DNA of 50,180 bases from Lenisia limosa. Its lineage: Eukaryota > Protista > Breviatea. The stretch lies in contig LPNZ01011129.1 in the NCBI GenBank assembly GCA_001655205.1, forward strand, positions 1-50,180. Direction: 5' to 3'. A model generated the notes under the pieces. The model searched no databases. It had not been told where the DNA came from and saw nothing but the letters and a program-made list of their open reading frames with translations. How positions within the stretch are numbered: the stretch's first letter is position 1; the number at the start of each line of letters is the position of its first letter. The translations under genes and the position numbers were made by a program. Below are positions 11,990-25,300 of this stretch, piece after piece.

Positions 11990-14900
11990 AGGCGGTGTAC
12001 TGATAGTGGCAGATTTGCGTCAGCAGGTGGGAAGGTTCTAGTTGCTGGAGGCTTTGTCATCTTGGACCGCCGCAATACGGGCTGTGTGGTGTCGGCTGAT
12101 GCCAAGGTTGGGGCTTTCTTGTCTTATGTAGCTACATACGTATCTGAAACTACAATATGTTAGTTTGTCATTTCTGTCATGTTGAAACAACTCATAACTC
12201 CCAGATCCACTGTGCTGCCGTGGCATCGGCCCCCCTACAAGACGCTGACGTGTCCGTAACGGTCAAGGCAGTCCAGTTCAATAACGTGTTCCAGTTCAGG
12301 TTTAACTTCCACAATGGTAGCCTTGTGTGTTTCTTTCAACTAGCACATTCTAATTGTGTATGTGTGCGTATTATATGGATGGAAGTGTGTGCGTTTGGTT
12401 AGTTCTGACAATAATACCCTAAGCATATGTATTTCGCTCTGCTGAACATTATTTTGAACCCTATGAATCTGACGCGACAGGGGTTGCCGTGCTTCAAAAC
12501 CCCGAGGGCCCCCCGATGCTGAGATACTCGGTGCAGTTTGCTGCGGCTGCTTTTGCTCATTCCAAGAACAAGTGCAATCGTNNNNNNNNNNNNNNNNNNN
12601 NNNNNNNNNNNNNNNNNNNNNNNNNNNNNNNNNNNNNNNNNNNNNNNNNNNNNNNNNNNNNNNNNNNNNNNNNNNNNNNNNNNNNNNNNNNNNNNNNNNN
12701 NNNNNNNNNNNNNNNNNTTTCACGGGGGAAGGGGTCTGGAAGGGGTCGCTACTTCGAAGACATTTGGTTTTGTTACCTGGTGTTCATTATTTGAATGCAT
12801 AATTCAAAGTGTACCTGCCTCTGACTGGTAAAGATTTGACCGTTGTTATTCTTGGAGACAATCCTTTCTACTGTTCAACTGCAAAGGTATCTGATGTCAC
12901 CTACAATACCAGAACATATATATATGTATAGTGACTGGGAAGTCCTGAACTGTTTTCCTTGGGGAAATCATAGAGAAAATCGGTCAATACTTATCCCAGT
13001 CACTTTCTATTATCAATATTATAACAATATGAGATGGATAATATTTTTATCTATGGAATCATTCTTAGCATCCCAGGGATATGTCTCATATAAGATAAGA
13101 ATCTTATGTTTGTCTGATCCCAGGCCCATTTTACTTTGAAGGGGGGCTCGTATGATCAACTTCGCGAGATGACACCATTTCTACCTGTCAAATTCATCAA
13201 TGGTATGGGGGTTCTCTGTGGACCGAAAAATACGTAACTTTTCTCTGTAGTCTTTGGCAAATTAAGATTGTGATAGTGTCGACCTAATCCTATCCTGTTG
13301 GAGTTTTTACACCCTCAGACCGGTTTAGTAGTAGTAGGCCTGTGTTATTTCTAAACTATTAGGTCAGCTACAGAAGACCGGGTTGGGCAGTAGCGCGGCT
13401 GTTGTGTCTTCTGTTGTTACTGCTTTGGGTGTCGCATGGGGGGTTGACAAGTGGGCGGGTTGTCATTGAAAACATATTTGCCCAATTTGATAGATCATTT
13501 TTCGAAAACTGAAACGTTTTATCAGGTCTCAGCTTCGGATTGATACTTCATTACAAGAATATTTTCGCTCCCATTGTTATTGTTTTCTTCAGAAAATCCC
13601 AATTGCATTCAGTTGCCCAATTAGCGCACAACACGGCTCAGGTTTGTGGATACATTTTTGGCGATTCTAATCTTTATTTGGCTTTAATGACCCATCCACT
13701 CCTTATTGGACATGGGTTCCACGTCTAAAAGACTGTGAAATATCACCGTCAGCATCTTTTTTTCTTTTGAGCGCCTCACCATTTAGGGAAAGATTGGATC
13801 AGGTTTTGATGTTCAATCTGCGTTCTATGGTTTGAAGGAGGGGGTGAAAGGCAGATAACCAGTCAATATATTATCACAATGGTCATTAATTTGAAATACC
13901 ATGATGAACAAAACAACCCGTGAAACCGTTCAAACAGGACCTTTTATCAACTCCAGGGTCGCACTTCTTCCGTCGCCACGCATTCGATGAAGCCACCCAA
14001 ACGCTTTATGTGCGCGGAGTATAGCTTGATGCCGGTCACAATTGGCTTCATCTTTTGACTTTTGTTTGATGCTAAATTTTCAGAAGCAAATTCTGAGTGG
14101 AGACCCGGACAAGGCACATTTACTCCGATCGCATTTGCCCCGGTTCATTTATCCCACCCCTGAGCTATTCCAATTGCCCCTCGGAGTCCATATGATTCTA
14201 GGTTTGGATTTCCCCATATTAGGAGGGAAATATTGTATGTGTAATGAATAATGATATACTATATTATATTGGACTATATCAATATATTTTTTGTATATTT
14301 TAGTTAGTTTTGCCTGATAATCCAATGGTATCCCCATAGATTACTGCTTACAGTCTACTCTACTCTCCTTCGTGTTATTTCCATCTGTTTTATTTTAGAC
14401 ATGAATATGATATGTACACTCCATTCTTCAAGCCATCGTTTGTTTTTTAAAATTTATTTCCCTCTTAATGAACAGCCGCACAATACGGCAGTATCTCCAG
14501 ATTGAATTGCGTAGTAAACCTCAATAATGCTTGGAACAAAATAAAGTTCAAGGAGGCGCCAGGTCCTAGAACCGCGTTCCAGCAGTCTTTGGAAGGTAAA
14601 ACAGTCATTTGGTGAACAATAGCACCGGTTGGGCCGCTTTGTACTTCGAGTAAACTCTGATTAAAACCAGAAACATATTGAAAGAGGTGAAAGACTGGTC
14701 ACCAATGAATGCCATAAAAATGGTGTCGTCGTATTCGAACAGATTGTTGTTCTTGAAGTTGAATCTTGTTTTAGTAAACAAACAAATTTTTTGAAAGAAA
14801 CTTAAATCAACAAATAAAAACACATATGCCGCTGAAAATGAAAAAGGCCAGGGACTTGCTAAATGAGAAGCTTAAGTCGAACAAACCACAATGCGAATTT

Positions 14901-16708
14901 TTCAAACCGAAGAACAAGAGAAAGATACACTGGAGGGTACCCAGGTGTGGCGCGAGCGCAATGTGTGACTGAAGGATTAGCACTCTTACACTAGGAAAGA
15001 CACACCCGATTTCAGAGACTCGGACTGATGTTGGCGAACCCACATTCCCCCTCCTCAAAGAGGGCATCATCAAGATCCTTCAAAAGGTAAATATCAAAGA
15101 AACCGCAACCGAGATAAAGCAATTCTAATACAATTTCTGACAGAATACAGCGAAGGGAGGAAAGACATTTAATGAAAAATGTGCAAATTCACATTTGAAT
15201 GGATAATTCTGGGGTTGCAGCTGATTGTTCATCAAGGAGGTTTTCTGAATAGAATCGTTTCATTTTTTTTTTTTTTTTTTTTTTTTANNNNNNNNNNNNN
15301 NNNNNNNNNNNNNNNNNNNNNNNNNNNNNNNNNNNNNNNNNNNNNNNNNNNNNNNNNNNNNNNNNNNNNGCCTGGTGTTAACAATATTACTTCCCATTCC
15401 AAATAACAACTGAGGTCAACTTTCCCTCTTTCTGTTAACTGTTTCTTGACCAAGCTAAACAGTTTTTCCCTATTGTTTTACTTGGTAGGAGACGTTTCGG
15501 CTGGGTCAGACACTCCGTCAATGGTCTCGAAAGTTCTGAGCTGGCGAGGTGACCGCCAACCTTGTGGGGGATGTGGGTGGATGCGATTAGATTGAAACGT
15601 GAATACTTGCTCCTTTATACTCATTTTTTATATTATTACTTTGTCTTCAATTATCCACCTACATTTGAGTACGTTATGTGCAGTTTGTCTGTTCTGCTTT
15701 GCTCTGAATATATTTATGCCCTTGTTCACAAAGATGTTTCCTTCGTTTACCCCCGTAGATCCCCAGGAGTGGCAGGATATGGTAAATGCTGTTAACGCCT
15801 TCATAACCGCTCTCAAAGCCACTCAGTCCCTACAACACGGGCCTGATTATAAGAAAACCGTTCAAGTACTTTCGTCTCTCCCATCTTCACAGGTATGTAA
15901 GCTACACTACGACGCATTGACTTGGAACTCCCTTGTACTATTTGGGAATCCCATAAATTTCTTCGAATTTCCATAAAATTCCATGGGACTCCCATGTAAA
16001 ATATGGCAATTCCAACATTTTCACAAGAATCCCAAGTCGATGCGCCGTGATCTTCGCTTGTAGTACTATCTCCACTAAATTTGTTCATTCATTCCGTTGT
16101 GTTGGATTCAGTATGACTTCCAAGTGGCTAGACCCCGCCTTCATCCCATTCAAAACCTTGGCGCGTGCAATGACATCATTGCGGCACTCAGCCCGAATAA
16201 TGGGACGCTGTGCAGGAGTGGAGATCATCCCGACGGTCCAGGACGATGTGGGGGAGGGGGGATGTAGAACTACAAATTCCCATGCTTGTTCAATTTTTAA
16301 ATATTGTTTTTGTTTTGTTTCATGGCCTATTGGTACATGTCAGAATTAATAGAATCATACATTGTGTTGACAATGTAGTTGTGCCGTGATACGTCCCAAC
16401 TTCCTGGTGTTATTGGTGCTACAGTTCCTGGAGGTTTGTTGGGTTTTCATTGTTGGGGAATTAAGTTGCACTCTGGAGACTACTTCTTCAGTCAGATACT
16501 CTGGATGCACATTCTACACTTCTGCACAATAGTAACTGTTCTCGTTTTACTACTGTAATTGTATTCGGGTCTTATTACCATCAGCCGGCGGCAACGATGC
16601 CATTACCTGCCTTGTAATTGGCTACGAAAGTCAGAAGACGGTGCGACAGTTCTGGGAGGCCTCGCGGTACCATGTTGTTTGCCTGCCGGTTAATGAGTCT
16701 ACTGAAGG
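11990..16708 (+). CDS. ERG8: Phosphomevalonate kinase, ERG8-type GHMP kinase (multi-exon; start codon and last exon unresolved, last exon probably in or after gap 16797-16880)
   Basis: Joined exons give ASAGGKVLVAGGFVILDRR (~12017-12075), QKTGLGSSAAVVSS (~13370-13410), LHSVAQLAHNTAQ|GKIGSGFDVQSAFYG (~13600-13830), ILG|DVSAGSDTPSMVSKVLSW (14200/15489), MGRCAGVEIIP (~16200) and GVIGATVPG|AGGNDAI (16410-16600). These are the diagnostic motifs of fungal/plant ERG8-type kinases, in the expected order. Confidence 0.92.
14605..15263 (-). CDS. Candidate small spliced gene nested antisense in the 1.29-kb phosphomevalonate kinase intron; product unknown
   Basis: The segment is more GC-rich than neighbouring introns. 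Minus-strand exon-like blocks: MKRFYSENLLDEQSAATPELSIQ (ATG 15263), DLDDALFEEGE, THCARATPGYPPVYLSLVL, FNFKNNNLFEYDDTIFMAFI (C-ending codons like the host genes), with plausible GT/AG boundaries. Not all junctions could be phased. Confidence 0.4.
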
Positions 16709-17476
16709 TAAACGGGAATGGACTTGGTTTAGTGTCAGAAAATAGCCCATACAGCCGTTTGTTTTTGTGTTGCTGTACATGTGGGGGGGGGGGGGTNNNN
16801 NNNNNNNNNNNNNNNNNNNNNNNNNNNNNNNNNNNNNNNNNNNNNNNNNNNNNNNNNNNNNNNNNNNNNNNNNNNNNNNNATGCCCGACCACCACGTTCA
16901 AAAAAGCATTGATAATATCCTTCTCAAAGCCAATCTTTAGTGCTTTTTCTTGTACAAAACAGTCTAATTGAGACTTTTTTTATTCTTTCTGATTTCATGT
17001 TTTTCTTATTTATTTCTTTATTTCAACTCACTTTGTCAAACCAAAGATAGTACCGTTTTAACCAGGAAATTGATGTTGTCAGTGTTATATCGACTAGGTT
17101 ATGACTGGAGGCACAGCGCGTCAAGTTTTTAGTGTATTTTGTGACCATCATATTGCGTATCCCGAAAACTGGCTGGGTTGACTGCCTAAATGAACCGTGG
17201 GAGTACTATTCTGGAACCCCATCTAATTTACTAAAGAATGGAGGAAAACTGTCGTATGAGTCTTGATTGAAACGAAACCCATCATCCCAGATCCCAGATT
17301 AGTCTACAGAATCGTATCATTTCAAAATCAGGGCAGCTTCTCGTTGTGGCTCAGGAATGTGTGATTGAAATCAACTCAAAATGCCGGGGGGAAATGTACT
17401 CAAAACAATAAAACCAAAAAAAAATAAGTTCACTCAACCTAAAAACATAATAACCTAGAAATACACCGTTCCATCC

Positions 17477-20400
17477 CTATGGGGCTTTACAGCCAGTTTG
17501 GATCTCTTGGAGTTGCCTTTCAAACGATTCGCCAACGCTGGCACATGAGAGGTTGAAGGACTCAATATCCCGTATGGAGAGTGGAGGCTCAGCATCAACT
17601 TCATGGAGACTACGTTTTTGCTGTGAGGGAGGCAGGAAGGCTGACAAATCCCATTCGCCAACTCCGACCTGTTGCAGTGAGTAACTGATATGATACACAG
17701 TATAGATGACATAGGTATCATATCGTGCACAGAGTTGTAAGGCAAATGATTGGGTGAATTTATCTATAATCCAATATCTCTTATAAGCGTGANNNNNNNN
17801 NNNNNNNNNNNNNNNNNNNNNNNNNNNNNNNNNNNNNNNNNNNNNNNNNNNNNNNNNNNNNNNNNNNNNNNNNNNNNNNNNNNNNNNNNNNNNNNNNNNN
17901 NNNNNNNNNNNNNNNNNNNNNNNNNNNNNNNNNNNNNNNNNNNNNNNNNNNNNNNNNNNCATATACTATATAGCTGACATCATATCGTATGAAGGGCAAT
18001 CTCCAAAAGAGCAAGACCCTCCACTCAACGGGCTAAGACACCACTTCCTATAACTAGCCCATCCCCTGTCCCACCATTGGAGCGTGTTGGGTGGGGAAAG
18101 ACGGAACAGTGGACACATAGACAGGGGTGAAGTTGGGAATTGGGATCAGCTCGCTCTGAAGGACTATTAAGCAGGACTGTGGTAACGGAAAAGAATAAAC
18201 TTCACATCAGGAATATCAACCGTGATAATAAACTTCATTGAAATTCTGAAGAATTGTGTTGACCCACCCCCCCCCCCCNNNNNNNNNNNNNNNNNNNNNN
18301 NNNNNNNNNNNNNNNNNNNNNNNNNNNNNNNNNNNNNNNNNNNNNNNNNNNNNNNNNNNNNNNNNNNNNNNNNNNNNNNNNNNNNNNNNNNNNNNNNNNN
18401 NNNNNNNNNNNNNNNNNNNNNNNNNNNNNNNNNNNNNNNNNNNNNNNNNNNCGGTCAAGGCAATCATTATAAAAAAAGTTGACCAACCCTTTTCTAAGGT
18501 ATAGATAGTGCTATTACATCATTTGAACAGAACCTTATAACTTCCCTACGCACCTCCGGGCCAGATTCAGCGTCGGAATCTCGATCAGGAATAGGTGGCA
18601 TCACATTCTTCTTTGAAGATATTCTCCTGCGCCTGACAACGATGAAGCCGATGACGAGCGCTGACGACAGCATAAAGGCCAGGCTTAGGGCCGACTTGAG
18701 CGGCAATTCATCGTGTTCATGGTCAGATTCACTGAATCGCTGTGCGGGCTCACGGACTCTATGGGGGGGGGGGGGNNNNNNNNNNNNNNNNNNNNNNNNN
18801 NNNNNNNNNNNNNNNNNNNNNNNNNNNNNNNNNNNNNNNNNNNNNNNNNNNNNNNNNNNNNNNNNNNNNNNNNNNNNNNNNNNNNTGTACCATCAAAAAC
18901 AATAAAAAAAAAAACTCAAAAAAAATAATATTGCATATTGAACATTCATCATTCCATGCTTCCATTCGGCACAGGGGCTCATCCCTTTCATGCGGCACAG
19001 GGGCCAATCCCATCCCTTCCCCAGCATACGAAATAAGGTAGCGATGGTCTTCCCTCATCAGAGGGTACCTCAGGGTCTGAAACGTGAGACACTGTGATGA
19101 TAGTTGGCACTATGGAGTACCTGTCAGCATTTGGAAAAGACTTGTTTTTTTTTGACATAGTCAACAACACATTGCTAGACAACAGGGAAGCTCAAATGAT
19201 ACATATTGACCCCCCCCCCCTTACGAAAGAGGTTATTACCCCCGTATTTATGACAGCCTCGGAAACACTAGGAAGGTACAAAACCTCCCAACTCGAGTTG
19301 TTGAACACATAGAGTTTCTGGGGGGTGAAGAAGGGAATATGAGTAGGTGACATCTGGCCAAACCCCATCACACTACGAGATATTGGAAAATTGTAAAAAA
19401 TTAATCAGCAGGGAAGTGTATCAGTCGTATTTGATCAATGATGTCAGCTTGTTAATGCTATTGCTTTTGGTAACTGAATAATTTAACTATTACTACTATG
19501 CACACGTACGTATAGCAAATGATGCCATGATTACACGTTTTCCCTCCCCACGTATTCTTCGCTCAATAGCACATAGTCCTGTACCTCAGCTGGGTTTGTA
19601 GACGTTGTCTAAATTCGTAAAAAAAAAGGGGACGGGGAGTAAAATGGAAAAAATGAACAAAAAAAAAGCCCAAAATCAACTCTGTTGGCTGACAACACAT
19701 GAGGGTTGATAACAAAAAACAAAGCAGCAAGTGGCTTCTGCAGCACCGCATCCCATCACTTGGAAGGGGGGGTTAGAACTTGACAATCATGGACATTGAA
19801 ACCATCTTTTCTTGAAAACAATAGCGTCTCCCCACCACAGATCAAACACGAAGTAACAGTAATAAAGTAAGTTCACCCCCCCCCCCNNNNNNNNNNNNNN
19901 NNNNNNNNNNNNNNNNNNNNNNNNNNNNNNNNNNNNNNNNNNNNNNNNNNNNNNNNNNNNNACTCAGCCTCTAAGTCCTCGAGATTGACGATGAATGACA
20001 GGACAAGTGTTTCGTGATCGGAAACAGAGAAAGTGAACGTAAAATCGTCAATAACAAAGTCGACATCATGCTTTGTTGCCGTCTCAACGAGTCGGACTGT
20101 GGGGAGCTCACAGAATGCTCCGCCAGCGTGGAATGGGTTACATTCACAGGTGCAATTTTCGTAGATTGGTGTGGCACCAAAGCCGCAGTCAACACTGCAA
20201 TCCTCTGGACCCGTGAATCCAGGGTATGATTGGAATGACAATTCACTAAATCCGATATCTATCAACAGCAAAACTAATTAAATGTTAAGAAAAATTCCAC
20301 CCCCCCCCCCTCCTCCATCAGTTATATTTAGCTCTGTTTTTCAGGCCAAAGCACACCTTTCAAGTTGATATAAAAGAGGTATTCATCATCTTCAATGCAA

Positions 20401-22130
20401 GTTGCCTTGTACTGCCCGATATCTGCGGTCTCGCCGAAGAGGAGCAAATTATGGGCAAACGGCTCAAAACGCGGACACTCTGACCTGCAACTTGAGTTGC
20501 GATGGTCACTGCAGGTGTTGACACAGACCTGCGGGGGGGGGGGTAAAATTGGAAGTTTTAACAAAAAAAAAACTGTATTAACCCTGTTGGCTCATTTGAG
20601 AAGCACACGAGGGTTGAAAACAACAAAAACAAATTCCAGCCCAGTCTCTGCTCCCCATCATCCCGCGTAAATGGCAATTATATGACCAGGGTGGGATGAA
20701 AATTTATGGGGGGGAGGGGNNNNNNNNNNTGCTATTTGGGAAGAAATCAACAGAAAAACATTAAAACATTAAAAAAAAAGAAGCACCAAACATGAAAATT
20801 ATATTCATTTATCAAACACGTAATCATATCACTTTTTGGATCATTTTCACACGTGTGAACTATCATTTTCCACGAAGTGATATGATACCTCATATTATTC
20901 ACTCGTATGATATTTGACCGACAAGTCTCGATACTCTGATACACTCGGGATAAACCCTCGTGTTATCTTCGTTCTTCATTTTGACTTGAAAGTCGGTCAA
21001 ATGATCATATCACTAGTGGATATGGGTTAACATATATTCTGATCTCTAAAAAGAAATACCCACAGTGTTTGAAGGGGCAACGTCAGCCTGACAGCCAAGC
21101 GTTTCTAAATTGTCATGATGGTTGTAACTCAAACTGTCTATGATAACCTTGAAGGAAATCCGATCCATATCAGTCACGATTTATCACAATCACTCTATAC
21201 ATGTTTACAGGAATAATCATGAGGAAGTGTATGGAAAATGGAAAATGGAAAAAAGAAAAAAAAACAAAGCTAAAAACAATCAACACCATTAACATTGAGA
21301 AAAGGTTCTCCAATTCTAAGAAGAGGATAAAAACAAGGCAACTATACCCATGAGTGGCTTGGGTGAAACTACGATTCTGTTCTGTATCAGTATCAACACC
21401 AATCATAGCTACATATCACTGTCCCGTTTTTTCCACAACCCCAGAAAGTGACACTATTCAACATAATTAAACCTTTGTGCTTCAAGATCCAAAAAACAAT
21501 GTCTCCTCAACAACACCGATAGGACAGCATTCATTCATAACATGATGACGAGACTATTGATAACCTCCATAATAGTCAAACCCCTTCTTGAAGAAGCCAC
21601 ACCACACACCTTTAAACCAGGTGCCGTTTGCTTGACAGGTAAACAACAGTGGGGAGTACTGAAGAGTAGTTCCCTGATCGAATGGAGGCGATGAATTGCC
21701 AGAAGAGACAAACACTGATGAACAATCAACGATCAAGCAGTTTGTTGATGTGGTGGGAAAGCTGAGACAATTCGCCCAAGCCCCTGAATGGTCAGTCATC
21801 GAGACATAGAACACTTAGCGATGGACAAGCGCTTACCGGAGGGGACGAAGAGCAAGAAAGTAAGAGTTATCAAAAGATACGGATAAGATACTCCCTGTGT
21901 TTTTCTGACTGGAAATTGAAGTAACATCACTCCAATGCGGATGTTGGGTGTTACATTCGAGTCGGACTTTTTCTGTTTCTGGGTCGAGGAGCAGATCGAC
22001 CGACACAGATGGTTTCTCTCAAGATATATATCCACGTTTGTGTGAAGCAAGAAAGATAACGTGAAGCACGTGATGATACAAGTTTTCTGGTTTGCTGTTG
22101 CGCTGTCAGAGTTAGCAGTTGTGACTAGAG
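17477..22130 (-). CDS. Single-pass membrane protein with Cys-rich/EGF-like extracellular region (multi-exon; 5' end uncertain)
   Basis: Exons VIIDSLSYNHHDNLETLGCQADVAPSNT|VCVNTCSDHRNSSCRSECPRFEP (21140-20340), DCSVDCGFGATPIYENCTCECNPFHAGGAFCELP (EGF-like, ~20100-20210), a hydrophobic segment followed by a basic stop-transfer (ALSLAFMLSSALVIGFIVVRRRR, ~18625-18695), and a terminal exon ending GCKAP-TAG at 17477. Confidence 0.65.
19628..19760 (-). mobile_element. R1 repeat, near full length, ending ~20 nt before an acceptor
   Basis: Minus strand gtgatgggatgcggtgctgcagaag..tcaaccctcatgtgttgtcagccaacagagttgattttgggc..ttttactcccc; inferred AG at 19609-19610. Confidence 0.85.
20529..20645 (-). mobile_element. 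R1 repeat forming an intron acceptor
   Basis: Minus strand ctgggc..tcaaccctcgtgtgc..gagccaacagggtt..ccaattttaCCCCCCCCCCgCAG|GTC TGT GTC (VCVNTC exon). Confidence 0.8.
20912..21002. mobile_element. Degenerate foldback with termini related to M2
   Basis: atttgaccgac(aagtc) ... (gactt)gaaagtcggtcaaat, an 11-bp perfect inverted repeat. Confidence 0.45.
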
Positions 22131-22321
22131 ATCTTTGATCCAATTAACCATAATGAATCCGTTCAAGCATGGTTCAAGCTCTCTGAGCCTCTTTTTAGCA
22201 TAGAAAACTTGTAAATTAATACAGTAACAATATAAAATAGGAGCACAGCAGCGCAGGCGTAATTTCTTGCAAAAACATATCTTAAAACACTACTTCAAAA
22301 GGATAATGGAGTGATCCAACC

Positions 22322-25300
22322 ATGAGACTTGGAAAAGTTCTCCTCTTGGTGAGCATACTCATTTCACATACTCTAAGTGTTTTTGGTGAAGGTTAATAAT
22401 AACTTCTCTCCTGCAAAATCTTCCTCCTCAGCAATGATGGAATTGGTGCAAGGACTTTCCTCTTTTTCCTGTGTTTACTTCAACAGGGAGGTGCCGTTGT
22501 CCTTTCTGTTCACACCTGGAGGAATGACCGAAAAGAAGAGATCAGGTTTGACACTCATAACTCGTGTTTTATGATTATCATAAGTACATATTACAACAAT
22601 TATCACTTATACAGAACCTTTTCCTCAAATGTATCCTCGATACTACATACGCTTTGAATTGAGATATGCTCATATTTACAAAAGAAAAAAGAATGTTGGT
22701 AAAACCTTGTCGAAATTGTCTAGCCTCAATATTAAGCGAGAGACAAGGAATAACCCCATGTAATAAAATGAGACATTACATCTGCTGAAACTATATGCCA
22801 TAACATGGTATTTAATCATGATTCTGAGAAAGAAAACAGCCGAATTCCCTGACCTTTTGAGATTAATGAAGGAAAGAGCTGCTCTTTCATCAGCATTCAA
22901 TACCCTTGCAAGTGGGTTGACCAAATTTTGAAAGTAATTTCATTTCTTCTCATTGTCTCTGATATATAACTGTTGCTCCTCCCCTCGTTTTATTCCCGCT
23001 TTTCATTTCATAGAGCAACAAACTTCAACACCTATATGGCAGAAATGCGCTCTTTTGCCTTTTTTTCCCCATGACCTCGCGAAACAGACGGTCAAGGAAA
23101 TAACCAGTGGGCCCCTTTTGCACTTTTACCTAAGCAATACATAAACACAAGATAACATTCGAATGCACAGATTTTGCACATTTGATTTCAGGGTACTAAT
23201 GAGTCTCATACATCAATATCATGAATACATACCTAAACCCTTTTAGGGCAACTCAAACCAGACAGCCTATTGACCCTTTAGACCACCTCAAACAACCAGG
23301 AACTTCACGGACCTTCCCAATACAAACATTCCAAGATGTGGGGGGGGGGGGNNNNNNNNNNNNNNNNNNNNNNNNNNNNNNNNNNNNNNNNNNNNNNNNN
23401 NNNNNNNNNNNNNNNNNNNNNNNNNNNNNGCTTATGTGGTATGGATTATGAGTCGTTATGTGACAGTTCTTCTGTGTACAATGGTCCTCACATTCTTCGT
23501 CAACCAGGGTTTTGGACAAGGATAACAGAAGGATGTTTCCAGAACATTCAAGAATTTTCTTATATGGATACTTTTAGTTTAATAGACTCCCCTCTCCTTA
23601 CGCTCCCCATCCCCTTAGGCAGTATGTTTGACAGTGAATTCTCGTCCGCACTTGCACCTTGACCTTGCCTATTCCCTCGCTGTGTACTACCAGGATAATA
23701 GTTGGGGAGATGTTCGGGTTTGATTGCATATACAGGGACCGGGATAAGTCTTGACCTTTTTTCCGTGGTAATGGTCACTGTCTAATTTGCTAACATTCAT
23801 CCAAAATAGCCTAGAAAGTATACAGCTTCGACCAGATACTACCTATTTTATTTCTTATCTCAACATACATGTAGCTACATATATATCATATAATATTCTA
23901 TAGAGGTGGGTGATATTGAGACGAATCTCTTTCCTTCATTAATCACATCAAAATATCAGCGTAATCCTCATATAAAATACCCCGCGTTCTCTCATCTCCC
24001 AGCTGACCGCCTTGTTCAGTTTGTCCAGCAATTTGCTCCGAGACTTTGGCACTCTCTTGGCAGGATTCTGATTGAGCCCCTGAAAACCATTTGTCNNNNN
24101 NNNNNNNNNNNNNNNNNNNNNNNNNNNNNNNNNNNNNNNNNNNNNNNNNNNNNNNNNNNNNNNNNNNNNNNNNNNNNNNNNNNNNNNNNNNNNNNNNNNN
24201 NNNGAGAAAGGTGAACATTTTATTAATAAGTACTGTCTTTGTGTCTCAACACCTTAATACCTCATCTTATTACCTATAATGTAGCAAGTGAGGCTCTCAG
24301 CGAAGAAACGCTCAAAAAAGCTCTTCATGTTGAAGGCTTTGAAGGTGAGTCAAAAGGGACTCGACGTCCAGTGACTCAATTAACCTGAGAGACAATCGCA
24401 TTCGATTTTAATGCCTCTTCTTTGTATTCTCTGAGAATTATTAATAAGCTGCATTGAGTGAAATATCACTTAAGGCATAAATTTTCTTCATATGCGTGAT
24501 GATGTTGGCGGCTTTGCTTTATAAAACTGTTTACTTTCACAGACGCAAAGGCCTTGCAAGATGCGAAGCACTTTATTGAATGGGATGATTCAGGTTTGTC
24601 GGGGTAATACATCCAAGTAGATTGGGGCATTATTGCTGTTACTGATGGGTTTGATATGTCAGATTATTGACTATTTGGGCTGGATATCTTGAAAATCCTT
24701 ACTGTTTTAACAAAACGGAGACCTTCCGTGTTTAAAATTATTTCAATATATTTCCAAGAGGATGATTGGGAAGAGTCAGAGCCCTTTCTTTGTTATCACT
24801 TTGCAGAAAGCTTGACGGTGGATCTGGATAGCTATTCCGTCTACCCTTCGGGTGAGAGGGGGTTATTAGCTTTATTACTCTTCAGGGACATTTGGAATAT
24901 ACTACTTTGGTGAGGGTCACGTCACATTAACCATTCCTTGTGGTTGACATCGCAAAGATTGTTCAATTATGCCTTTTAACTGAGCCTAGTACTCATTATA
25001 ATTTTTTATAAAGTATTTGGTTTTTAGTATTGAACATTTATTGGTTTGATTGTTCAATGAAACAAGTCTCAATGACCTTCGTAGGAGTGGTTGATAACAG
25101 TCGCCTGCCAAGCCACGCACAGTTTATACAGGAAAACGTATTGGCCCTCCTCTTGTCGATATGGGAGGAGACCAAGTGGGGCATGTGATGCACTCTTTTG
25201 GTTCCTTTGATATGTGTGATAGTGTGAACTGAAAGTTAGTTAAAGGAGGCCGCTAAACCAGAATGAAACCTCGGAGTGTGAGGATTTTTCAATGGATTTG

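Noticed and set aside
14460-15130. Plus-strand reading of the kinase-intron insert as a decayed hAT transposase
   Set aside because: No convincing catalytic motif or TIR/TSD, and codon bias and splice signals favour the minus strand.
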